DNA of 47,281 bases from Burkholderiales bacterium (GTDB taxonomy: Bacteria; Pseudomonadota; Gammaproteobacteria; Burkholderiales; SG8-39). Made by a program: the position numbers and the translations under genes. The first letter of the stretch is position 1. Each line of letters begins with the position of its first letter. The notes below the pieces were generated by a model. It searched no databases, had not been told where the DNA came from, and was given only the letters and a program-made list of their open reading frames with translations. The stretch spans positions 1 through 47,281 of the forward strand of contig DATKKT010000102.1 of assembly GCA_035542795.1 (NCBI GenBank), read 5' to 3'. Shown here one piece after another: positions 31,963-38,490 of this stretch.

Positions 31963-32403
31963 CCGCGGTTGATTCCAGTGGTCATGTCGGTCACGGCGCT
32001 CTTGACGGTAGTTGGTGACTTCAAGACGCACACCATCGGGGTCGTTAAAGAACGTTGCCCAGTAGTCAGGCGCGTACTCGGGATAGAGGCTTGCCTCAGA
32101 AGCCTCGACGCCTGCGCCTCGGAGCTGATTGGCGACGGCCACGACATCAGCTACTGACTCGACGCGAAAACAGAAGTGGTGCAACCCGGGGGCGTAGGAA
32201 TCGTGCTTGGCGTGCCCGCGCGCGGGACGAAGGACATAGCCGAAGTGGCGGTTGAAGTACTGAACGTGCTGATCGCCGCCGATGGCAAATTTGTTCTTCC
32301 TGAAACCTAGCACTTGCAGCATAACGCGGTCATAGAAGGATTCTGACCGATCAAGATCGGACACCGCGATATGAATGTGGTCAATGCCTGCGACCTCTGT
32401 CAT
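31957..32403 (-). CDS. Cassette 4 ORF: VOC-family protein (glyoxalase/bleomycin-resistance/dioxygenase fold)
   Basis: GIDHIHIAVSDLDRSESFYDRV...GLHHFCFRVES...FNDPDGVRLEV. Length is 148 aa. Confidence 0.85.
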   Translation of the reverse strand: MTEVAGIDHIHIAVSDLDRSESFYDRVMLQVLGFRKNKFAIGGDQHVQYFNRHFGYVLRPARGHAKHDSYAPGLHHFCFRVESVADVVAVANQLRGAGVEASEASLYPEYAPDYWATFFNDPDGVRLEVTNYRQERRDRHDHWNQPRG

Positions 32404-32417
32404 GGCGCGATCGGAGG

Positions 32418-32495
32418 GGCTAACGTTCGCGTTTTGCCGCGCCGCATGCGCAGCGTAGTGAGCTGAAGGCGTCGGGCATCAACGCGCTGTTAGGC
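32418..32495 (-). repeat. attC site of cassette 3 (78 bp)
   Basis: GGCTAAC (32418-32424) ... GTTAGGC (32489-32495). The left arm CTAACGTTCGCGTTTTGCCGCGC closely resembles that of the next attC (32956). Confidence 0.8.
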
Positions 32496-32520
32496 CGCAG
32501 CCGCAGCGAAAGGCCGGACG

Positions 32521-32943
32521 TCAACGATTGCCGGGCAACCATTCGACTCGCTTAAGGTTGTGAGCATGGATCGTGGAAGGGAAGCTTTTCCACTTGATCC
32601 ACTTGCCAGTCTGCGCCATGAAGTACTTGTTGTTGTCCAAATACGCTTCATTGCCCGGGTTCGTCCACTCCTGCCAGATCTGCTCATCCCATTGCACCCG
32701 AACCAGAGTGCCTCTCGACGGTGCCGGCTCTGTACCGATGACTTTGCCCCTTTTTCCCGGATGAACAATGAGGCGTTTTTCGTAACCGGAATCTTTGGGC
32801 TCGATCACGATTGGCGGAAACTGTCCAACGATTGCCACAACTAGTGCGCCCTTCGGGAATGCGTCATTTCCTTCATCCGCGGAAACTGGTTGCGGAACAT
32901 ATAGGAGCAATTGCAGAAATGCCAAGAAGCGAACGAGCGCCAT
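32521..32943 (-). CDS. Cassette 3 ORF: hypothetical 140-aa secreted protein
   Basis: ATG 32943 gives the signal peptide MALVRFLAFLQLLLYVPQPVSA. The longer track ORF would cross the attC. The mature part is Trp/Lys-rich and has no recognisable motif. Confidence 0.65.
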   Translation of the reverse strand: MALVRFLAFLQLLLYVPQPVSADEGNDAFPKGALVVAIVGQFPPIVIEPKDSGYEKRLIVHPGKRGKVIGTEPAPSRGTLVRVQWDEQIWQEWTNPGNEAYLDNNKYFMAQTGKWIKWKSFPSTIHAHNLKRVEWLPGNR

Positions 32944-32955
32944 TGCTAACCTGCG

Positions 32956-33036
32956 GCCTAACGTCCCGGTTTTGCCGCGCTGAAGGAGGCGCGTAGCGCC
33001 GATGCGCAAGCGTCGGTCAACAACCGATTGTTAGAT
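32956..33036 (-). repeat. attC site of cassette 2 (81 bp)
   Basis: GCCTAAC (32956-32962) ... GTTAGAT (33030-33036). Confidence 0.8.
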
Positions 33037-33046
33037 GACTGACGCC

Positions 33047-33328
33047 TCATACAACAGCCACCTCTCGCGGCTTTAGACTGAAATTGCTGCTCCCGCCGTC
33101 TGACCCGAACCAGATCATTCCGTATCGGTCGATCTCCAGTACCTGGAACACCTTTCCTTCGTAGGACCTCAGTCGGGCCTGATCTTCAGGAGGCAGTCCA
33201 TGCGCGCATGAGGAGACCGACACGATCCGGACCTTTGCGCCAACCACGATTGGGCGGCCAGACTCGTCTACGGCCGGCAGTGGAAATCCGGGCGGTAGTT
33301 TCCTCTCAGGCGGCCAATTGGCAGTCAT
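33047..33328 (-). CDS. Cassette 2 ORF: hypothetical 93-aa soluble protein
   Basis: MTANWPPERKLPPGFPLPAVDESGRPIVVGAKVRIVSV...KVFQVLEIDRYGMIWFG. The ATG is embedded in the attC core (GTTAGATG), so there is no room for a Shine-Dalgarno sequence inside the cassette. Confidence 0.6.
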   Translation of the reverse strand: MTANWPPERKLPPGFPLPAVDESGRPIVVGAKVRIVSVSSCAHGLPPEDQARLRSYEGKVFQVLEIDRYGMIWFGSDGGSSNFSLKPREVAVV

Positions 33329-33416
33329 CTAACGTGCCCGGTAACCGGCGCGTGCCCGGCAGCCTACGTGCATGGCGGCGCGTCCGCACGCGTCCGCGTT
33401 GACCGAGGGGTTAGGT
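33327..33416 (-). repeat. attC site of cassette 1 (90 bp)
   Basis: ATCTAAC (33327-33333) ... GTTAGGT (33410-33416). The arms ATCTAACGTGCCCGGTAACCGGCGCG and CGCGTCCGCGTTGACCGAGGGGTTAGGT are imperfect inverted repeats. Confidence 0.75.
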
Positions 33417-33429
33417 GTGACGTGCGCCA

Positions 33430-33720
33430 TTAGAACCACCACCATTGCGGGCCAGCGTAGTACCCGCGCCCAAAGGGCTTGGTTGATAGGAACCCGAGAA
33501 AGAGTAGAAGACCAAGCCCGCCCACTATGGTGAGGGCAACACGCACCGCGTCCGGCAAGAAATCATAGCGGACGCACCAAAGCGCGAGAACGCTTACAGC
33601 TCCGACTGTGATCCAGAAGGACCACGCTCGCCTTGAACTGGTGCGTCCCTTCCCATCGAGGTAAGCATCGACCATGGCTTTGCCTCGAGGGTCCGGATTG
33701 TCAGGTGGCAGAAGCAGCAT
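33430..33720 (-). CDS. Cassette 1 ORF: hypothetical 96-aa membrane protein (2 TM)
   Basis: ATG 33720 lies 6 nt after the attI crossover GTTAGGT, and AGGTG serves as the SD. TM segments are FWITVGAVSVLALWCV and VALTIVGGLGLLLFLGFL. The 169-aa track ORF would start inside intI and cross attI. Confidence 0.6.
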   Translation of the reverse strand: MLLLPPDNPDPRGKAMVDAYLDGKGRTSSRRAWSFWITVGAVSVLALWCVRYDFLPDAVRVALTIVGGLGLLLFLGFLSTKPFGRGYYAGPQWWWF

Positions 33721-33726
33721 CGTCAC

Positions 33727-33775
33727 ACCTAACGTGTATTGGTTGACATTTTTAGTTGACGAATTGGCAACTAAA
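33727..33775 (-). other. attI recombination region (crossover GTTAGGT at 33727-33733 on the minus strand)
   Basis: A GTTRRRY core sits immediately upstream of the first cassette ORF. The adjacent sequence has GTTGAC direct repeats (33742-33747, 33755-33760) and a 21-bp imperfect inverted repeat TAGTTGACGAATTGGCAACTA (33753-33773). These are plausible IntI-binding sites. Confidence 0.6.
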
Positions 33776-33859
33776 TCGGGGCCATTCTGCGCCTGACGGC
33801 CGTCATCCTTCAACCGCCTCCGCACGTTAGCGAATTCTGAGGCGACGAAAAGGCATGAC

Positions 33860-34882
33860 ATGGCATCTGATTCCGAGATAGGCGAGCCCGCGCGCCCTCC
33901 CAGGCTGCTCGATGTCGTGCGCGATTGCATCCGCCGCAAGCACTACAGCCTGCGCACGGAGCAGACGTATGTCCACTGGATCAGGCGCTTCATCTATTTT
34001 CACGGCAAGCGCCACCCGCTCGAGCTGGGCGAGGCCGAGGTCACGGCGTTCGTGAACCATCTCGCGCGCGAGCGCGACGTCGCGGCGGCCACGCAGAACC
34101 AGGCGCTGTCGGCCCTGCTCTTTCTCTACCGGGAGGCGCTGAAGCGCCCGCTCGCCTGGCTGGAGGGCCTCGAGCGCGCCAAGCGCCCCGCCCGCGTGCC
34201 GACGGTGCTGACGCGCCGCGAAGCGCAGCACCTGCTCGCGAACCTGCACGGCACGCGCTGGCTGATGGCAAGCCTGCTGTACGGCGCGGGATTGCGATTG
34301 CGCGAATGCCTCAAGCTGCGCGTGAAGGACGTCGATTTCGAGTACCGGCAGATCGTCGTGCGCGACGGCAAGGGCGCGAAGGACCGGGTCACCATGCTGC
34401 CGGCATCCGCAGCGGAAGCGTTGAAGGCGCAGATCGCGCACGCCCGCAGGGTGCACGAGCGCGACCTCGCCGCCGGCTGCGGGGATGTCGAGCTGCCGGA
34501 CGCGCTCGCGCGCAAGTACCCGAAGGCGCCGTACGAATGGGGATGGAAATTCGTCTTTCCGTCGCACAAGCTGTCGACGGACCCGCGCACCGGCGCCGTC
34601 CGGCGCCATCACCTGTACGAGAACTACCTCATCCGCGCCGTGAAGGACGCAGCCCGGCGCGCCGGCATCGCCAAGCACGTGAGCTGCCACACGCTGCGAC
34701 ACTCCTTCGCTACGCACCTGCTCGAGGCAGGCCACGACATCCGCACGGTGCAGGAACTGCTCGGCCATTCCGACGTGAGCACCACGATGGTGTATACGCA
34801 CGTGCTCAACAAGGGCGGGCGCGGCGTGATGAGCCCGCTCGATCGAATCGAACGGCCGGCAACCGACCCAGCAGCGCGCTAA
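33860..34882 (+). CDS. intI: Integron integrase
   Basis: The 340-aa protein is collinear with IntI1: [26 protein letters not shown], box [23 protein letters not shown], the integron-specific insertion [40 protein letters not shown], and box [41 protein letters not shown]. All R-H-R-Y positions are present and there are no internal stops. Confidence 0.95.
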   Translation: MASDSEIGEPARPPRLLDVVRDCIRRKHYSLRTEQTYVHWIRRFIYFHGKRHPLELGEAEVTAFVNHLARERDVAAATQNQALSALLFLYREALKRPLAWLEGLERAKRPARVPTVLTRREAQHLLANLHGTRWLMASLLYGAGLRLRECLKLRVKDVDFEYRQIVVRDGKGAKDRVTMLPASAAEALKAQIAHARRVHERDLAAGCGDVELPDALARKYPKAPYEWGWKFVFPSHKLSTDPRTGAVRRHHLYENYLIRAVKDAARRAGIAKHVSCHTLRHSFATHLLEAGHDIRTVQELLGHSDVSTTMVYTHVLNKGGRGVMSPLDRIERPATDPAAR

Positions 34883-34932
34883 GAGGGCAGGCGCTTGATG
34901 AATCATTCAGATAATCAATCGCTTGCAATTTT

Positions 34933-34953
34933 GAGGTCGCAAAATGCGACTTC
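34933..34953. repeat. Inverted repeat GAGGTCGCA-AAA-TGCGACTTC spanning the ORF6N start codon
   Basis: The core GTCGCA/TGCGAC is perfect (34936-34941 / 34945-34950). The outer arms have one mismatch. It shares the GGTCGCAAA..TGCGAC core with the palindrome at 35154-35180. Confidence 0.8.
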
Positions 34954-35531
34954 AGGTTACGGACGTGACCACGCAGATGCGTGACGAAATTCAATCCAGG
35001 ATCGTGCAAGTTCGCGGAACGCGTGTGCTCGTCGATTCGGACCTTGCAGTGCTCTATGGGGTCACCACGAAGCGTCTGAACGAGCAGGTCAAGCGCAACC
35101 GGGAGCGGTTTCCGGCGGAGTTCGTGTTTCGGCTGACCCCGGCCGAGAAGGCGGAGGTGGTCGCAAATTGCGACCACCTCGCGAAGCTCCGGTTCGCACC
35201 CACCCTACCTCACGTCTTCACCGAGCACGGTGTCCTGATGGCTTCGGCAGTTCTCAATACGCCGCAGGCGGTGGAGGTGAGCCTGTTCGTGATCCGAGCT
35301 TTCCTACGGCTTCGCGAGACAGTCTCGGCAAACCGGGAGATTTCCAGGGCCCTCCATCAGCTGGAGCGCAGGGTCGGCATCCACGACCGCGCGATCGCAC
35401 AGATATTCGAGGCGCTCCGCAGGCTCACAGCGCCGCCCGAGGCGCCGAAGCGGCGGCGCATCGGCTTCCTGCAGCGAAATTGCTCGCGGTCAAGCGGGAA
35501 GCACCCCGGTGCCCGCTTAGAATTACGCCCC
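34944..35531 (+). CDS. ORF6N/KilA-N-like DNA-binding domain protein, with no stop codon of its own (frame continues into the GGT gene)
   Basis: IVQVRGTRVLVDSDLAVLYGVTTKRLNEQVKRNRERFPAEFVFRLT and LPHVFTEHGVLMASAVLNTPQAVEVSLFVIRAF match the ORF6N-domain pattern. The reading frame 34944-37121 is uninterrupted. Confidence 0.7.
35154..35180. repeat. 27-bp perfect palindrome (13-nt arms) inside the ORF6N coding sequence
   Basis: GAGGTGGTCGCAA-A-TTGCGACCACCTC, checked base by base; pairing breaks at 35153/35181. Confidence 0.95.
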
Positions 35532-37121
35532 ATGAGCGTTCCCTTCGACTGGAAATTCCCCTATACGTGGCCGCGCAAGCCGCTGTTCGCGAAGAACGTG
35601 GTTTGCACCTCGCAGCCGCTCGCCGCACAGGCCGGGTTGCAGATGCTCGCCGCGGGCGGCAGCGCGGTGGACGCGATCCTCGCCACCGCGATCACCCTCA
35701 CGCTCGTAGAGCCCGTCTCCAACGGCATTGGCTCGGACGCCTACGCGATCGTCTGGGACGGCAAGCAGCTGCACGGCCTCAACGCCTCGGGGCGCTCGCC
35801 CGCCGCATGGTCGCCCGAGTATTTCGCGAAGCACGGCAAGGTTCCGGTGCGCGGCTGGGATTCGGTCAGCGTGCCGGGGTGCGTCGCGGCCTGGGCGGAC
35901 CTGCATGCGAAGTTCGGCAAGCTGCCCTTCGAGAAGCTCTTCGAGGCGGCGATCCGCTACGGGCGCGAAGGCTTCATGGTCTCGCCCACGATCGCGAAGC
36001 AATGGGCGGCGCAGGTGCCGGAGCTGAAGGTTCAGCCGGGCTTCGCGGAAGCATTCATGCCGAACGGGCGGCCGCCCGCGACGGGGGAAGTATTCAAGTG
36101 GGCCGACCACGCGGCGACGCTGGAAAGAATCGCCGCGACGCGCGGCAAGGATTTCTACAGCGGCGGCATCGCCGAGAAGATCGAGGCGCACGCGAAGCAG
36201 CACGGCGCCGCGATGAAAGTGTCCGACCTCGCGGCGCACAAGTCCGAGTGGGTAGGGACGCTGCAGCACGACTACCGCGGCTACACGATCCACGAGATCC
36301 CGCCCAACGGCCAGGGCATCGTCGCGCTGATCGCGCTCGGCATCCTCGAGCACTTCGACATGAAGTCGATCCCGGTGGACTCGACCGAGAGCTTCCACCT
36401 GCAGATCGAGGCGGTGAAGCTCGCCTTCGCCGATGCGCTCGCCTACGTGGCCGACATCGACTACATGCCGTTTCGTCCCGAGCGGCTTTTGGATAGAAAT
36501 TATTTGAAGGAAAGATCCGGATTGATCGACCGCAAGAAGGCACAACCCTTCTCCGCCGGCAAGCCGCCGCAGGGCGGCACGGTGTACCTCACGGCGGCCG
36601 ACGCCTCCGGAATGATGGTGTCGATGATCCAGTCGAACTACATGGGCTTCGGCTCCGGTGTCGTGGTGCCCGGCACGGGCGTGTCGCTGCAGAACCGAGC
36701 GGCGACCTTCGTCATGGCCGAGGGCCACCCGAATCGCGTAGCGCCGAGGAAGAAGCCCTACCAGACGATCATCCCGGGCTTCGTGACGAAGGACGGCCGG
36801 CCGATCATGAGTTTTGGTGTGATGGGCGGCACCATGCAGCCGCAGGGCCACGCGCAGGTACTGGTGAGAATTGCGGATTACGGCCAGAACCCGCAGGCAG
36901 CCTGCGACGGGCCGCGCTTCCGCTGGGTGCAGGGCATGGACGTCTCGGTCGAGGACAACTTCCCGCCGAAGGTGGTCGAGGGGCTGCGCGCGCTCGGCCA
37001 CCGCATCGTCACCGTGGACGACTACAACCAGTTCGGCAGCGGCCAGCTGATCTGGAAGATGGACGGCGGCTGGCTGGCGGCGAGCGACCCGCGCCGCGAC
37101 GGCCAGGCGGCGGGGTTCTGA
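35532..37121 (+). CDS. Gamma-glutamyltransferase-family protein without signal peptide
   Basis: From ATG 35532: MSVPFDWKFPYTWPRKPLFAKNVVCTSQPLAAQAGLQMLAAGGSAVDA, EPVSNGIGSDAYAIVW, and the nucleophile Thr in GGTVYLTAAD. At 529 aa it is in the size class of cytoplasmic GGT-like amidohydrolases. Confidence 0.88.
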   Translation: MSVPFDWKFPYTWPRKPLFAKNVVCTSQPLAAQAGLQMLAAGGSAVDAILATAITLTLVEPVSNGIGSDAYAIVWDGKQLHGLNASGRSPAAWSPEYFAKHGKVPVRGWDSVSVPGCVAAWADLHAKFGKLPFEKLFEAAIRYGREGFMVSPTIAKQWAAQVPELKVQPGFAEAFMPNGRPPATGEVFKWADHAATLERIAATRGKDFYSGGIAEKIEAHAKQHGAAMKVSDLAAHKSEWVGTLQHDYRGYTIHEIPPNGQGIVALIALGILEHFDMKSIPVDSTESFHLQIEAVKLAFADALAYVADIDYMPFRPERLLDRNYLKERSGLIDRKKAQPFSAGKPPQGGTVYLTAADASGMMVSMIQSNYMGFGSGVVVPGTGVSLQNRAATFVMAEGHPNRVAPRKKPYQTIIPGFVTKDGRPIMSFGVMGGTMQPQGHAQVLVRIADYGQNPQAACDGPRFRWVQGMDVSVEDNFPPKVVEGLRALGHRIVTVDDYNQFGSGQLIWKMDGGWLAASDPRRDGQAAGF

Positions 37122-37735
37122 TGCTGAAGATCTGGGGCCGCACGAATTCGGTCAACGTGAAGAAGGTGCTCTGGTGCCTGGACGAGCTCGGGCTGGAGTA
37201 CGAGCGCACCGACGCCGGCATGCAGTACGGCGTGGTGAATACGCCCGAGTACCGGAAGATGAACCCGAACGGCCTCGTGCCTACGATGGACGAGGACGGC
37301 TTCATCCTCTGGGAGTCGCATACGATCGTCCGCTACCTGGCCGACAAGTACGGCAAGGGCGTGCTCAGGCCGATGGAGCTGGAAACGCGCTCGATCGCCA
37401 ACCAGTGGATGGACTGGGCGTTCAGCTTCCAGGGCGGCGTGCGCGACGCGTTCTGGAACCTCATTCGCACGCCGGCCGAGAAGCGCGACCCGAAGGCGGT
37501 CGAGGCCTCGCGCGCGAAGTCGGGCGAGCTCGCGAAGATCCTCGATGCGGCGCTCGCCGGCCGGATGTACGTCGCCGGCCCCTTCTCGATGGGCGACATC
37601 CCGATCGGCTGCGAGGTGCAGCGCTGGATGCGCCTGCCCATGGAGCGGCCGAAGCTGCCGAACCTGGAGGCCTGGTTCGAGCGGCTGTGCGCGCGCCCGG
37701 CGTTCAAGAAGAACGTCGACCTGCCGCTCACCTGA
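37121..37735 (+). CDS. Glutathione S-transferase
   Basis: MLKIWGRTNSVNVKKVLWCLDELGLEYE...NPNGLVPTMDEDGFILWESHTIVRYLADKYG. A TGATG overlap couples it to the GGT gene. Confidence 0.9.
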   Translation: MLKIWGRTNSVNVKKVLWCLDELGLEYERTDAGMQYGVVNTPEYRKMNPNGLVPTMDEDGFILWESHTIVRYLADKYGKGVLRPMELETRSIANQWMDWAFSFQGGVRDAFWNLIRTPAEKRDPKAVEASRAKSGELAKILDAALAGRMYVAGPFSMGDIPIGCEVQRWMRLPMERPKLPNLEAWFERLCARPAFKKNVDLPLT

Positions 37736-38490
37736 TGCCGAAGGTCGCGATCGTCACGGGCGCGGCGAGCGGCATCGGCCTCGCCTGCGCCGAGCGCCTC
37801 GCCGCCGATGGCATGAAGGTGGTGCTCGCCGACGTCAACGAAAAGGCGGGCGCCGGGCACGCCAAGCGCCTGGCCGGGGATTTCGTGCATTGCGATCTGA
37901 CGACGCGATCCGGCTGCAAGCAGCTGGTCGACGCCGTGCTCGCGAAGCACGGCACGGTGCACGTGCTCGTCAACAACGCGGGCTACCAGCACGTCGCGCC
38001 GATCGAGGAGTTCCCCGAGGACCAGTGGGAGCGCATGATCTTCCTCATGCTGACGGCGCCCTTCCTGCTCACGCGCTACTGCTGGCCGGCGATGAAGCGG
38101 CAGAAGTGGGGCCGCGTGGTGAACATCGGCTCGATCCATGCGCTCATCGCCTCGCCGTTCAAGGCGGGCTACATCTCCGCCAAGCACGGCCTCGTGGGCC
38201 TCACGCGCACCGCGGCGCTCGAGGGCGGCGAGCACGGCATCACGGTGAACGCGATCTGCCCCGCCTACGTGCGCACGCCGCTCGTCGACAGCCAGATCGC
38301 CGACCAGGCGAAGGCGAACCGGCTGTCGGAGCAGGAGGTCGTAGAGAAGATCATGCTCGCGCCCGCGGCCGTGAAGCGCCTCATCGAGCCCGCCGAGGTG
38401 GCGGGCTTCGTCGCCTACCTGTGCAGCGACGCGGCGGGCACGATCACGGGGTCGGCTTTGACAATGGACCTCGGCTGGACGGCGCGCTAG
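37735..38490 (+). CDS. Short-chain dehydrogenase, 3-hydroxybutyrate dehydrogenase type
   Basis: TGAASGIGLA, NNAG, and catalytic S...YISAKHG. The C-terminal ITGSALTMDLGWTAR is typical of 3-hydroxybutyrate dehydrogenases. A TGATG overlap couples it to the GST gene. Confidence 0.85.
   Translation: MPKVAIVTGAASGIGLACAERLAADGMKVVLADVNEKAGAGHAKRLAGDFVHCDLTTRSGCKQLVDAVLAKHGTVHVLVNNAGYQHVAPIEEFPEDQWERMIFLMLTAPFLLTRYCWPAMKRQKWGRVVNIGSIHALIASPFKAGYISAKHGLVGLTRTAALEGGEHGITVNAICPAYVRTPLVDSQIADQAKANRLSEQEVVEKIMLAPAAVKRLIEPAEVAGFVAYLCSDAAGTITGSALTMDLGWTAR

Larger units (their letters stand above)
30424..34882. mobile_element. Sedentary chromosomal integron: intI, attI and seven gene cassettes
   Basis: An integron integrase is divergent from an array of six RYYYAAC...GTTRRRY-bounded imperfect palindromes spaced 371-545 bp apart, each interval holding a minus-strand ORF. 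G+C is lower than in the flanks. No transposase or tni genes are adjacent. Confidence 0.9.

Noticed and set aside
30900-33740. Regularly spaced repeats, considered as a possible CRISPR array.
   Set aside because: The repeats are 60-90 bp, imperfect and individually palindromic, with RYYYAAC/GTTRRRY ends. They are spaced 371-545 bp apart, with ORFs in between and an integron integrase alongside. These are attC sites, not CRISPR repeats, and there are no cas genes.
33430-33939. N-terminally extended versions of cassette ORFs: 169 aa at 33430-33939, 162 aa at 32521-33009, and 104 aa from TTG 31864.
   Set aside because: The extensions would start inside intI or run across attI/attC recombination sites. 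Internal ATGs just downstream of the cores, with SD-like sequences and in one case a signal peptide, give biologically coherent cassette genes.
33827-34906. A 359-aa minus-strand ORF covering the integrase region.
   Set aside because: It is antisense to intI. The plus-strand translation aligns end to end with integron integrases, while the minus-strand product is Arg/Ala/His-rich with no motifs.
38444-38490. The 47-bp convergent overlap of the dehydrogenase and aminopeptidase genes, and the 50-bp overlap at 39420-39469, considered as signs of misassembly or pseudogenes.
   Set aside because: Both partners have intact conserved termini (GWTAR, and the lipobox N-terminus). Overlaps of this size are plausible in compact high-G+C genomes. 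The aminopeptidase start may simply be slightly misplaced.
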